Of a stretch of DNA of 64,000 bases, positions 27,815-37,768 are shown in pieces (positions within the stretch are counted from its first letter, which is position 1; every line of letters begins with the position of its first letter). The position numbers and the translations under genes were made by a program. The stretch is taken from the NCBI GenBank assembly GCA_016928855.1, contig JAFGKA010000396.1:4044-68043 (forward strand), given 5' to 3'. The notes below the pieces were generated by a model. That model saw only the letters and a program-made list of their open reading frames with translations, was not told the origin of the DNA and searched no databases. Source of the stretch: Phycisphaerae bacterium (lineage in GTDB: Bacteria; Planctomycetota; Phycisphaerae; UBA1845; PWPN01).

Positions 27815-28801
27815 ATGCTTCACATCGTGGGCGCGGACGATTTGTACGTCCGTGCAACACAGACGCGTGGGGCAGTGATCCTGATGTATCATAGTGTAGC
27901 AGGCAAGGATGCGGCCGCATGGATTGATCCAGCCAATCATCTTCCACCTGAAGTCTTTGAACGTCATCTGTCCTATCTCAATAGACACCGCAAAGTCGTA
28001 CCATTGAGTAATGTTCTTCAGGCGCTTCAGCGAGGTGACTGCTTGTCCGCCGGAACAGTGAGTATAACGTTCGATGATGGGTATCTGGATACGCTTTCGA
28101 CGGCAGCACCGCTTCTGGCTCGTTTCTCTTTTCCCGCAACGGTCTATCTGGCCACCGGGTACATTTCGCGTGGCCAGTCGCAATGGATCGATCAGCTTTA
28201 CGGTGCTTTTGTAAGCCGCACGCAGGATGATCTGGATCTCGGCGGCGCCGGAGGCGCCGTGTGGAATCTGGGCGTAACTTTTGACAGGTCCGCGGCCTAC
28301 GCATGGCTCAAGCAACGCCTCTTGACCGGAAACCTGGCCGACCGCAACGCCCTTCTGGCCGAGGTCGAGGGACAACTCCGTCCATACGGCATGCCGCCGC
28401 GTCTAACCATGACTTGGGATGATGTGCGAACGCTTCGAGCCAGGTACCCAGCCATTGAACTGGGTGTACACACGCGTGACCACCTCGACTTGACCGCTCA
28501 TTCCAATGATGTCGTTGCTGCAGAATTGGCCGGTTGTATTGAGGACTTTCGGGTCAACCTGGGATTTCCGCCGCGACACTTCTCATTTCCCTACAGCCGT
28601 GCCAACAGAGACCTGAGCCGAATGCTGGCTGATGTGGGCTTGGAGTCAGCGGCAATCGCCTGCGAGGATCCTGTTGTCAAGGCCGCTGCAGACCGATACT
28701 GCCTGCCGCGGATTGCAGCACCCTGCTCCACTCGCCTGCTGGGCCTGGTCACCAGCGGCGCGTATCCGGACCTGCCCCGCAGATTGGTGGGACGCGCATG
28801 A
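27815..28801 (+). CDS. Polysaccharide deacetylase (NodB homology domain)
   Basis: In-frame ATG at 27815. ILMYHSV, ITFDDGYLDT, LGVHTRDHLDL. Confidence 0.85.
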   Translation: MLHIVGADDLYVRATQTRGAVILMYHSVAGKDAAAWIDPANHLPPEVFERHLSYLNRHRKVVPLSNVLQALQRGDCLSAGTVSITFDDGYLDTLSTAAPLLARFSFPATVYLATGYISRGQSQWIDQLYGAFVSRTQDDLDLGGAGGAVWNLGVTFDRSAAYAWLKQRLLTGNLADRNALLAEVEGQLRPYGMPPRLTMTWDDVRTLRARYPAIELGVHTRDHLDLTAHSNDVVAAELAGCIEDFRVNLGFPPRHFSFPYSRANRDLSRMLADVGLESAAIACEDPVVKAAADRYCLPRIAAPCSTRLLGLVTSGAYPDLPRRLVGRA

Positions 28802-29715
28802 GCACACCCAAAACCACGGCCATCTTCGTAACCTATCTGTCGCAGGACACGGTAGACAGTGCACTTGAAGCGGCGAAGCATTCACACCTGCGGGGTTTAC
28901 TGAACGCAATCGTCGTGGACAACGCCAGCACCGACGGCACGGTCGAGTTCGTTGCACGCGAACATCCGTGGGTCAAGCTGATTGCAAACCGGGAGAACGT
29001 CGGCTATGGCCGGGGGTTGAATACCGGCCTGCCTCATGTGGATACGCCCTACGTCCTCCTCATGAATCCTGACGCGGTTCTCGATGCCGGGAATCTTGAA
29101 GTCCTAGTCCGTTTTCTCGACGAGCACCCTGAAGCGGGCATTGTCGCTCCGGCAATACGGAGAGCTGCTGGCAACTACCAGCATGCAGGTGAGCTGCCCA
29201 CTCCGCGCAGCATGATTCTGGACGCAATGGGTATCAAGGGAGCATTGTCGTGGCGAGTACCGATCGTGCCTGGCAGTCCACCGTTTGCGGCGGAATGGCT
29301 GTGCGGGGCGTGCCTGCTGGCTCGAACCGATCTCCTCAGGAAGCTGAATGGCTTCGACCCTCGATTCTTCCTCTACTTCGAGGAGACCGATCTCTGCCTG
29401 CGCGCGCGGCTCGCCGGTGCTGAACTCTGGGCTGTGGGCGAGGCCGTGGCTCATCACGCCAGCAATTCGAGCGCCAGAAGAGTCTGCCCAGACCTGCCGG
29501 ATGGGGGCTGTCTCGTTGAACATCTTTACCCAAGTCGATTCTATTACTTGGTCAAGCATCATGGCTGGATTGCCGCCAGCAGCGTGGAGCTGATAGATCT
29601 CGCCGCCAGGGCATTCCGGGATTTTGCGCGGTTGCTCACAGGCAGGAGGTCGCGCGGGGAATTGCGGCTGCGTTTGCAGTCTTCCCTCTTTCGGTGTCCG
29701 GCTAAACCCGCCTGA
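28798..29715 (+). CDS. Family 2 glycosyltransferase
   Basis: VVDNASTDGTVEFV, NVGYGRGLNTG, LLMNPD. The start overlaps the upstream stop (ATGA). Confidence 0.85.
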   Translation: MSTPKTTAIFVTYLSQDTVDSALEAAKHSHLRGLLNAIVVDNASTDGTVEFVAREHPWVKLIANRENVGYGRGLNTGLPHVDTPYVLLMNPDAVLDAGNLEVLVRFLDEHPEAGIVAPAIRRAAGNYQHAGELPTPRSMILDAMGIKGALSWRVPIVPGSPPFAAEWLCGACLLARTDLLRKLNGFDPRFFLYFEETDLCLRARLAGAELWAVGEAVAHHASNSSARRVCPDLPDGGCLVEHLYPSRFYYLVKHHGWIAASSVELIDLAARAFRDFARLLTGRRSRGELRLRLQSSLFRCPAKPA

Positions 29716-29832
29716 ATGGTGAGCGGATTCGAAAGTACCACACAAAGCGATGGATTACGGCATGTTGTTACCGCGCTTTCCGGCGGGACGAAAGATCGCC
29801 ATGGGTCTTGGAGATATGCGGTGGTGGCGTGC

Positions 29833-30903
29833 ATGGCGCGATTAGAAGTGATACCGGGCCGCGAACTCTCCGAAGATCTGATGTCTCGGTGGCGTGTGCT
29901 GCAGAAGTCGGATCCTGTTCTGAGCAGCCCCTACTTCTGTCCCGAGTTCACGATGGCGGTGGCTACCGTTCGAAGTGACGTATTCGTCGGAGTATTGAGA
30001 GCAGGGAACACAGTCGAAGGGTTCTTTCCCTTTCAGCGAAACATCCTGGGCAACGGTCGGCCAGTCGGGGGGGCGCTCTCTGACTATCACGGAATTGTCG
30101 GGAGTTCTTCGTTGCCCGCCCGTGACCTGTTGAGACAGTGCGGGCTCAAATCGTGGTGTTTTGACCACTTGGTGCCGAATCAGCAGGTCTTCGCGGATCA
30201 TGTGCAGTCGACATCGGAGTCACACGTTATCGATCTGAGCGGTGGTTTTGAGGAATACCGAAGGCTCAAGCAACAAGAAGGTTCGGATGTGCTTCGACGA
30301 GCCGAGAAGCGTAGGCGCCAACTCGAGCGGGAGCATGGACCGGTGGTGTTCCGCGAATCAGTAACAGACCCAAGCGTTCTCACGCAGCTCCTCGCGTGGA
30401 AGTCGGCCCAGTATGTGCGCTCCTCACTTCCGGATATCTTCTCTTTCAAATGGACAAGGAGTTTGCTGGAGCGGATTCTCTTCACCACGGGTCCCGAGTT
30501 TTCCGGTGTATTGTCAGCGCTGTATGTGAATGGGGAACTCGGAGCGGCTCACATGGGGATGCGATCCGCGAGTGTGTGGCACTGGTGGTTTCCTTCGCAC
30601 CGGCCGAACTTGGCAAGGTATTCTCCCGGTGTTCAGTTGCGCATCGAAGCTGCGAAGACGGCTCCCCATCGTGGCATAACGATTCTTGATATGGGCAAGG
30701 GAGACCATCTGCACAAGACTCGCCTTCGCACGGGCGCGATTCCGGTCGCGGAGGGCGCGGTGGAACTCCCTTCGTTGGTCAATTGGGCAGGAATGATGTG
30801 CCGTCGGTCAGAGTCTTTCATTCGCCGGAGCCGCTTGTACGGCTTGGCACGGCTGCCTGGCCGAAGCATAATGCGGGTGGTGCGTCGCCGCCGATTCTCT
30901 TGA
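29833..30903 (+). CDS. FemAB/CelD-like Acetyltransf_6 protein, paralog 3
   Basis: In-frame ATG at 29833. MARLEVIPGRELSEDLMSRWRVLQKSDPVLSSPYFCPEF..VLSALYVNGELGAAHMGMRSASVWHWWFPSH..YSPGVQL. Confidence 0.7.
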   Translation: MARLEVIPGRELSEDLMSRWRVLQKSDPVLSSPYFCPEFTMAVATVRSDVFVGVLRAGNTVEGFFPFQRNILGNGRPVGGALSDYHGIVGSSSLPARDLLRQCGLKSWCFDHLVPNQQVFADHVQSTSESHVIDLSGGFEEYRRLKQQEGSDVLRRAEKRRRQLEREHGPVVFRESVTDPSVLTQLLAWKSAQYVRSSLPDIFSFKWTRSLLERILFTTGPEFSGVLSALYVNGELGAAHMGMRSASVWHWWFPSHRPNLARYSPGVQLRIEAAKTAPHRGITILDMGKGDHLHKTRLRTGAIPVAEGAVELPSLVNWAGMMCRRSESFIRRSRLYGLARLPGRSIMRVVRRRRFS

Positions 30904-30912
30904 CCACCGCGA

Positions 30913-31548
30913 GTGGGAGCACAGCCGTTGTTATCTGTTCGCTTAAGGGATCTCCATACGAAGTATGGGTACGTCGGCTTGCTCAGGCAAGCAGCAACAA
31001 AGCCGTTTCGCTACGGCCGCGATTTGTGGCTGCGAACCATGCATAACCGCAATTACATCTTTGTGCACGAGGAGAGCGAGGCAGACACGCTGAGCATGCC
31101 CGAGGAATTGCGGTTTGCCCGCTACGCCACGCCGGAATCCATTCCGCCCGAGCAACTGTATGCTCTGAAGGAGGCTCAGGGAGACGTGCATGTCCAGGAG
31201 CACTTGCGGTGGATGCGACAGGGGGCGGTGTTGTGGGTCGCCGTGCTTGATGGGAAGATTGCCGGATCGCAACTGTGCTGCCTGGGCCGGCATCTTCGGC
31301 GATGGTTTGTCCCGCTCCAGGATCATGATCTTATCATCTTCAGGGTCAACACAGTCTCCGAGTTTCGTGGAAGGGGTATCAGCCCACTAATGATGCGGCA
31401 CATCATCACACACGAAGCCAAGGGAGGTGCACGCACATATGCAGACTGCAAGGTGTACAACAGACCCTCCATTCGCAGCATCGAGAAGGCGGGGTTCCGA
31501 CGGATCGCCACAGCCAGGCCGTTGTCGCGCGAGGAGGTAGTCAAGTGA
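30913..31548 (+). CDS. GNAT-family N-acetyltransferase
   Basis: VAVLDGKIAGSQL..VNTVSEFRGRGISPLMMRHII..NRPSIRSIEKAGFRRI (acetyl-CoA-binding R/Q-x-x-G-x-G/A type loop). Confidence 0.7.
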   Translation: MGAQPLLSVRLRDLHTKYGYVGLLRQAATKPFRYGRDLWLRTMHNRNYIFVHEESEADTLSMPEELRFARYATPESIPPEQLYALKEAQGDVHVQEHLRWMRQGAVLWVAVLDGKIAGSQLCCLGRHLRRWFVPLQDHDLIIFRVNTVSEFRGRGISPLMMRHIITHEAKGGARTYADCKVYNRPSIRSIEKAGFRRIATARPLSREEVVK

Positions 31549-32543
31549 GTCCGTTGGGCGTAGTGGTCATCGGCCGAAACGAAGGCGAACGACTGCCCTT
31601 GGCTCTTCAGTCGGTGCTGGGGAAGGGCTATCCAGTCGTGTACGTGGATTCCGGATCGGCGGACGGTAGTGTTGCGGTCGCACACTCGCTGGGGGCGGAC
31701 GTCGTTGAGTTGGACGCTGCTCGGCCCTTCACCGCCGCCCGTGCCCGCAACGCGGGCTTGGCACGATTGCTTGAACGTTCCCCGGGGCTGGAGTTCGTGC
31801 AGTTCGTGGATGGTGACTGCGAGATGGTCGAGGGCTGGTTCGAGGTTGGGTTGCAGGCGATGGCGGACCGGCCTGATGCCGCCGCCGTTTTCGGCCGCGT
31901 CCGAGAGCGGCATCCCGAAGCTTCGCTTTACAATCGACTCTGCGACCTCGATTGGGATCGCCCTCTGGGTGCGGCATCCACCTGCGGCGGAATCTCACTA
32001 ATGCGCGTTGCGCCTCTGTTAGCCGTCGAATACTTCAACGAGTCTCTGATTGCAGGTGAGGAGCCGGAACTCTGCTACCGGATGAGGCAGAGTGGATGGG
32101 TGATTCTTCGCCTGCTGCCGGATATGGCCCATCACGACGCAGCCATGCTGAGGTTTAGTCAATGGTGGAAGCGTGAGGTACGTACGGGTCATGCTTATGC
32201 GGAGGGGGCTGCAATGCACGGGCATGAGGTTGAGCGGTACGCCATCCGATCGACCCGAAGCGCCCTCTTCTGGGGACTACTGCTGCCCCTCTTTGTTGCC
32301 GTGGGTGCCTGTATAATAGGACCAGGTGCCTTCATGGTGACTATAGCGTACTTTGTGCTCTGGCTTCGTACGTATTTTTGGGTACGCGGCCAAGGCCATT
32401 CTGTCCGCTTGGCTGCGCTCTCTGCCACTTTTGTGTTACTCGGAAAACTTCCTGAGGGTATAGGGGTGGTAGTCTACCACTTGAACCACCTACGCGGCCG
32501 CCGCACAGGCCTGATCGAGTATAAGGCATTGGGCTACGGATGA
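31545..32543 (+). CDS. Family 2 glycosyltransferase with C-terminal TM segments
   Basis: VVVIGRNEGERL, VVYVDSGSADGS, FVDGDCEM (DxD). C-terminal hydrophobic helices. GTGA overlap with the upstream gene. Confidence 0.85.
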   Translation: MSPLGVVVIGRNEGERLPLALQSVLGKGYPVVYVDSGSADGSVAVAHSLGADVVELDAARPFTAARARNAGLARLLERSPGLEFVQFVDGDCEMVEGWFEVGLQAMADRPDAAAVFGRVRERHPEASLYNRLCDLDWDRPLGAASTCGGISLMRVAPLLAVEYFNESLIAGEEPELCYRMRQSGWVILRLLPDMAHHDAAMLRFSQWWKREVRTGHAYAEGAAMHGHEVERYAIRSTRSALFWGLLLPLFVAVGACIIGPGAFMVTIAYFVLWLRTYFWVRGQGHSVRLAALSATFVLLGKLPEGIGVVVYHLNHLRGRRTGLIEYKALGYG

Positions 32544-33214
32544 AACTCCGAATACCGGTTGCACCTCAAGCAGAGGACAGTTCGCTGAACATGAAGTTGC
32601 TCTTCTGGAAGTTGATGTCTTCCATTGCGGGAATAGCTTTACCTCTCTGGCGCCTCGGGCAGACTATGGCATGGCTGCCCCTGCGATTCGGGCGACTTGT
32701 TCGGTTACGCGCAGCTTGTTTGGGTACAATCCCGCCAACGACACAGCTCGATGGGCCGGTCCGCACCGCTGGCCGTGCTTCCTTGAGGCTTGGTGAACAC
32801 TGCCGGTTGGGCCGGGACGTCTATTTCGAAACGGTGGACAGCGGGCGCATCGAAATCGGCAGCTATGTTCGCATTAACGCGGGCTGCATGTTGGTGGCGA
32901 GAACCCGCATTCTGATCGGGAATGACTCTTTGATTGGCGAATATTCCAGTATCCGCGACTCCGATCATGGTATTGAGCCGGGTGTGCCGATCCGGATCCA
33001 GCCCCATCGCTCAGCTTCGATCATCATCGGCGCTGATGTTTGGATCGGACGTGGCACAGTCATCCTCAAGGGGGTGTCCATTGGCGATGGTTCCGTCATC
33101 GGGGCCAACAGTGTTGTCAACAAAGATGTTCCCGCGGGCGTGATTGCGGCTGGCATCCCCGCCAGGGTGATTCGTTTCCGCGGTTCGTCACAACAGCCCG
33201 CGGAAACGGTGTAA
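32540..33214 (+). CDS. Hexapeptide-repeat (LbH) acetyltransferase
   Basis: IGSYVRINAGCMLV..ILIGNDSLIGEYSSIRDSDH..IIIGADVWIGRGTVILKGVSIGDGSVIGANSVVNKDVP. Confidence 0.8.
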   Translation: MKLRIPVAPQAEDSSLNMKLLFWKLMSSIAGIALPLWRLGQTMAWLPLRFGRLVRLRAACLGTIPPTTQLDGPVRTAGRASLRLGEHCRLGRDVYFETVDSGRIEIGSYVRINAGCMLVARTRILIGNDSLIGEYSSIRDSDHGIEPGVPIRIQPHRSASIIIGADVWIGRGTVILKGVSIGDGSVIGANSVVNKDVPAGVIAAGIPARVIRFRGSSQQPAETV

Positions 33215-33218
33215 CAAC

Positions 33219-34463
33219 GTGGAGAACGACTCACGTCCATGCCCAAGCGATCACATCCTGTACATAGCCCCCGTCGTGCCGGCGGTCAGCGAGACATTCG
33301 TCTATCGCGAGATCCTCGGACTGAGGAATCGTGGCCTGCGTGTGAGTGTGGTAACCGTTCGCCCGACTGACGCCGTTATCGGCGACCCGCAAGTGGAAGC
33401 CTTGGCCGACGAGGCGGTGCCGATCTATGGCGGTGGCTTGGCAAGGCTCCTTGTGAACGCGCTGGCCGAGTGCTGGTCGGCTCCCGCCAGATCGGTGCAA
33501 ACCGCCTGGAGGGTCGTTCGTGATGCCCTTGCCGCCGATGAGCGTCCTATGGCTCGCCTGAAGCTTCTGATCCAGGGCGTCGGTTCGCTGGCGCTGGCCC
33601 GGCGGTTGCGTCCGCTGGGCATCACCCACATTCACGCCCACTTCGCCCATGTTCCGGCGACGTTCGCCATGTACACCGCCGGCCAACTGGGTGTCGGCTT
33701 CAGCTTCACGGGTCACGCCAACGATCTCTTCGTCCGTCGCTCGCTGCTGAAGGAGAAGCTTCAACGCGCCCGGTTTGTTGCCTGCATCAGCCACTGGCAC
33801 CGGCGGTTCTACCGCGAGCTTCTGCCCGATTTGAGCGACGAGCGGCTCCCCGTCGTCCGCTGCGGTGTGGATGTGCCGTCCACCGTCAGGTCGAATGGGA
33901 CCGCCATTCCCCTAATCCTCGGCGTGGGGCGGCTGGTAGCCAAGAAGGGTTTCGACACGTTGCTCGAATCACTGCACGTGCTTGCCTCGCAGGGCATGTC
34001 TTTCCGCTGCCGGCTGATCGGTGACGGCCCCCAGCAGAGCCGGCTGGCCGACTTGGCCGGTTCGACCCCGCTTGCCGGTCGGGTGGAGCTCTGCGGCGAA
34101 AAGAGCCACAGCCAGGTTCTGGACGAGCTTGCCCAAGCAGACCTCTTCGTCCTGCCCTGTCGGCCTGCAGCCGATGGTGATCGCGATGGCATCCCCGTGG
34201 TCCTCATGGAGGCAATGGCCGCAGGCGTACCGGTCATTGCCGGAGACCTGCCTGCCATTCGTGAGTTGGTTGCCAACGACAGCACGGGCCTGCTCGTCCC
34301 GCCCGCCGACCGTCAAAGTCTGACCGATGCCATCCGGGCGCTGTTGGAAGATCCAACTCATCGCGCGGCGCTCGGCCAGGCGGGCAGGGAGCGGGTCCGG
34401 CAGGAGTTTGCCACGGATATCAACCTGGATCGCTTGATGGAGGCGTTTACCTATGCCGCCTGA
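33219..34463 (+). CDS. Family 4 (GT-B) glycosyltransferase, WcaL-like
   Basis: ILYIAPVVPAVSETFVYREI.., GVGRLVAKKGFD, DGIPVVLMEAMAAGVPVIAGDLPAIRELV. Confidence 0.85.
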   Translation: MENDSRPCPSDHILYIAPVVPAVSETFVYREILGLRNRGLRVSVVTVRPTDAVIGDPQVEALADEAVPIYGGGLARLLVNALAECWSAPARSVQTAWRVVRDALAADERPMARLKLLIQGVGSLALARRLRPLGITHIHAHFAHVPATFAMYTAGQLGVGFSFTGHANDLFVRRSLLKEKLQRARFVACISHWHRRFYRELLPDLSDERLPVVRCGVDVPSTVRSNGTAIPLILGVGRLVAKKGFDTLLESLHVLASQGMSFRCRLIGDGPQQSRLADLAGSTPLAGRVELCGEKSHSQVLDELAQADLFVLPCRPAADGDRDGIPVVLMEAMAAGVPVIAGDLPAIRELVANDSTGLLVPPADRQSLTDAIRALLEDPTHRAALGQAGRERVRQEFATDINLDRLMEAFTYAA

Positions 34464-35394
34464 AGCACGTGCCCAGGAAGGCACGACCATACTCAGCCAG
34501 GCAAACCCCGTTGGCTATCGTCGCTCGCTGGTCATCTCCCCCGTGCGCAACGAGGCGGAGTACCTCCAGCGGACGATCGACAGCATGGTCGCCCAGACCG
34601 TGCGCCCGGCGGTCTGGCTGATCGTCGATGACGGCTCGACGGATGCCACACCCGGGATCGCCGCCCGGGCGGCCGAGCAGCACGAGTGGATCCGGCTCTA
34701 CCGCCGGCCGGACCGCGGCGTTCGCAAGCTCGGCGGCGGCGTCATCGAGGCCTTCGACGAGGGCCTGGCCCTCTTTGACCTCACCGACTTCGACTACGTC
34801 TGCAAACTCGACGGCGATCTCGAGTTCCGCCCCACCTACTTCGAACGCCTGTTCGAGAAGTTCGAGGCCGACCCCCGGCTCGGCACCGCCAGCGGAAAAT
34901 GCTGGCTGGTGACCGACAACGGTATGCAATTGGAACGAACGGGCGATGAGTTCTCGCTCGGGGCGGCTAAGCTCTATCGCGTGGAGTGCTTCCGCCAGAT
35001 CGGCGGTTTCGTACGGAAAGTGATGTGGGACGGCATCGACTGCCACCGCTGCCGCATGCTCGGCTGGCGGGCCGCCAGTATTCATGATGCCGATCTGCGC
35101 ATCCGCCATCTGCGACGAATGGGATCATCACACCATAGCGTTCTGCGAGGCCGGCTACGGTGGGGCTACGGCCAGTACTTCATGGGCACCCACCCGCTCT
35201 ACGCCCTGGCGATTACGGTGTACCGCATGTTCGAGCGACCATGGATCATCGGCGGCCTGCTCATCGGCCTGGGTTACCTGGGTTCCTGGCTGCGAGGTGC
35301 TCCACGCTGTAACGATTTTGATTTCCGCAGGTTCCTCCGCCGCTGGCAGATGGCACGGCTGGGGCTCTTCCGACGGCCACTGGAACCAGAATAG
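34453..35394 (+). CDS. Family 2 glycosyltransferase
   Basis: LVISPVRNEAEYLQRTIDSMVAQTV.., LIVDDGSTDATP, CKLDGDLEF (DxD-like). Overlaps the upstream gene by 11 nt. Confidence 0.85.
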   Translation: MPPEARAQEGTTILSQANPVGYRRSLVISPVRNEAEYLQRTIDSMVAQTVRPAVWLIVDDGSTDATPGIAARAAEQHEWIRLYRRPDRGVRKLGGGVIEAFDEGLALFDLTDFDYVCKLDGDLEFRPTYFERLFEKFEADPRLGTASGKCWLVTDNGMQLERTGDEFSLGAAKLYRVECFRQIGGFVRKVMWDGIDCHRCRMLGWRAASIHDADLRIRHLRRMGSSHHSVLRGRLRWGYGQYFMGTHPLYALAITVYRMFERPWIIGGLLIGLGYLGSWLRGAPRCNDFDFRRFLRRWQMARLGLFRRPLEPE

Positions 35395-35647
35395 GCATGT
35401 GTATGCTGCGAAGCCGGAGTCGGTCTTGATTGCACATTCGCCTACTGCACCTCTTTGGGCGTTCTCTTGGGCTACTGTGCAGCCACTCCTGAATCCCGCT
35501 TAGTTTTGACATCTTTCACCTGCCTGGCGCTAATGAGAAACCAGCCATGCTCAAGGCCTCCGTTGACGCGGAGGCGCAAGGCCATACCCCAGAAAACAGG
35601 CAACATGAAGGCCAACATCCATTTCCGCCGCCATCGACATGCATTAA

Positions 35648-37348
35648 ATGGAACAACAGCCTATGCGTACGCCGAGATCAAACCTAATCGAGCCTGACAC
35701 GTCGGAGCGACCATGCGATGCGCAGAACCGTCTAAGTCCTTGGTCGCCGCGGCGGGCGATTGGCCTTTCGGCAATTGTCCTCTCTCTTGTCCTCATTGGC
35801 CACACGGCATTTGCGCTCGTTGCACCGCCTGAACTGCTCGTTACGAAGCTTCCCGACGACGCATGGTACTTCATTAAAATCGCACAGAACTACTCGTCCG
35901 GTCTGGGCTGGACCTTTGACGGGCTGAACGAGACTAACGGTTTCCAGCCGTTATGGACTTGGCTGCTGGCTGGTCTGTACTCTATCGTCCCTCAATGCCC
36001 GACGCTTGCCTACAGGCTAGCACTGATAGTCCAGATTATCTTCATAGCCATCTCAGCGCTTCTTTTGCTGTATACCCAAAGCCGCATCCTCTCGCCCGGG
36101 CTGCTCGTTGTCAGTATGGCCGTTTTTGCCTTTTACGTTCCCACCTTTCACAACGGCATGGAGTCGGCCATCCTTGTGCTTACACTCTCACTATTGTACT
36201 TTTTCACGCATCAGGCCTACGATCGGAGCACACTGTCAATCGCACAAGCCGCAGTCCTGGGCTGCGTGCTCGGACTTGCAGTCCTCGCTCGCCTGGATAT
36301 GGTGTTCCTGGTTATTCCACTCGCTGTGCTATTATACCTGAGGGTAGCTAGGCCTGGAAAGAACCATCACGACGTGTTACGTTTCGCGTTGCCTTTCTTT
36401 GGAGGACTATGCGGCTTTCTTCTTCCTTACTTGCTCTACAATGCCGCCTATTATGGAACTGTGATGCCGATTAGCGGCGCGCTGAAAACGTCGTTTCCGT
36501 ACCCTGGGTTCTATACATGGATTCTCCGCGTTCGCGGTAATGCTGTTCTACTTGCTCTAGCGGCAATATGGCTCATGGTTGGCTGGTATTATAGAAGGCG
36601 TATACCTACCACTCAGGGATGTACCGCTGAAGTGATAGAACGCATGCGTTTTCAGTTCGATATAGTAAGTGTGCTGGCGATATACGTTGTTTTGCATGGT
36701 GCGCATACCATTCTATTCATGAGATGGGGCGTATTCTTCTGGCACTTCGCTTCATATCAATGGTTTGCATGCATCTTAGCACCAGTGTTGATGGTCCTGA
36801 TTCTAGAGCGTATTCCCCGCAGAGTGCGAGGCAGTATTAGTACCATTATCATTGCATTGATTCTTGTCGGATGTGCGAGGCACGCGGCGGCACTGCCGAC
36901 CAGGGGCCAGATATGGAAGGCGCAATCATATGCAGCCGCTCTCTGGGCACGCGGCGCACTTCCTGCGGACACTGTTCTGGCGATGAGCGATGCGGGTGTG
37001 TTTGGCTATTTCAGCCAAAGACGGGTCATCAATCTGGATGGTATTGTCAATAATATTGAGTATCAGGAGGCGCTACGGGACGGCAGGCTGCGGAGTTATC
37101 TTAATGATCGAGGTGTTCGCTATGTAGTACATCATGCTGTTTATGATCGACAGGTGGTCGAGGGAACATATGAGCGCATTAAGCTGCAGTACCAAAGCCA
37201 CTTGTTTCCAGGCCGCAGTGGCTCGCTAACGCTAAGGGCCGAGGATGAAGTTTACCGTTCAGAATTCGAGTGTGATGCACTACGTACTCGTTCAGTATTC
37301 TTAATCTGGATGGTGTCGGGAGTTGCCGATCCTGCGTCTGCGGGCTGA
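35648..37348 (+). CDS. GT-C-like polytopic membrane protein (ArnT/PMT-type fold suspected), paralog A, low GC
   Basis: There are >10 hydrophobic segments. The first-loop acidic motif is KLPDDAWYFIKIAQNYSSGLGWTFDGLNETNGFQPLW. The soluble C-terminal domain reads LPADTVLAMSDAGVFGYFSQRRVINLDGIVNN. Colinear with 38178-39839. Confidence 0.6.
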   Translation: MEQQPMRTPRSNLIEPDTSERPCDAQNRLSPWSPRRAIGLSAIVLSLVLIGHTAFALVAPPELLVTKLPDDAWYFIKIAQNYSSGLGWTFDGLNETNGFQPLWTWLLAGLYSIVPQCPTLAYRLALIVQIIFIAISALLLLYTQSRILSPGLLVVSMAVFAFYVPTFHNGMESAILVLTLSLLYFFTHQAYDRSTLSIAQAAVLGCVLGLAVLARLDMVFLVIPLAVLLYLRVARPGKNHHDVLRFALPFFGGLCGFLLPYLLYNAAYYGTVMPISGALKTSFPYPGFYTWILRVRGNAVLLALAAIWLMVGWYYRRRIPTTQGCTAEVIERMRFQFDIVSVLAIYVVLHGAHTILFMRWGVFFWHFASYQWFACILAPVLMVLILERIPRRVRGSISTIIIALILVGCARHAAALPTRGQIWKAQSYAAALWARGALPADTVLAMSDAGVFGYFSQRRVINLDGIVNNIEYQEALRDGRLRSYLNDRGVRYVVHHAVYDRQVVEGTYERIKLQYQSHLFPGRSGSLTLRAEDEVYRSEFECDALRTRSVFLIWMVSGVADPASAG

Positions 37349-37632
37349 GGTTTTGTGTCTTGTCAGCGCTTACAGTGAGTAACTCCGGAAGGCAGAGGAA
37401 GCGATCCTTGGGCCGGGGGGGGGCAGCTCCTCCACTATTTGAAGGCGCTGTTCTTCGGGGAAGCCGGCGATGGGGACCACGATCTGGCCCGCGCCCAGCC
37501 GCAGCCTGGGCTGGGTGGAACCCGGCAGGAACGGACGTCGCAACTCACGCCGCTGGGCTGGCTGATCGCCGATTCCGCCCGTGGATACCGCTATTGGATG
37601 GAAGACGACCGGACGCTATCGGTTGGGCACGC

Positions 37633-37768
37633 GCAGGACCACGTGGCTGGGAAGCAGATCACCCTTTCGGCCACCAGCGGCAGCCTGGCGGCCGGCGCCC
37701 GATGACCGTCACTGTAGCGATCAACAGCAAAGCCATGGACTGCCAATCGGCACTAACAGCGACACCAT
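37633..37768 (+). pseudogene. Decayed fragment homologous to the ~100-aa Ig-like repeat of the 42532-47886 protein
   Basis: Three frames together read ITLSATSGSLAAGA / TVTVAINSKA / GLPIGTNSDTI, against WVTLSATSGSLAAGASTTVTVSINSGANSLAAGSHNDTV in the giant protein. Hand alignment to the reverse complement of 46141-46254 gives roughly two-thirds nucleotide identity, with at least two frame-breaking indels and in-frame stops. Confidence 0.55.

Noticed and set aside
24445-28375. Three long minus-strand ORFs (24445-25677, 26005-27402, 26987-28375)
   Set aside because: These are antisense to the AsnB-like, NadE-like and deacetylase genes, which carry clear catalytic motifs. The translations are low-complexity and Arg/Pro-rich.
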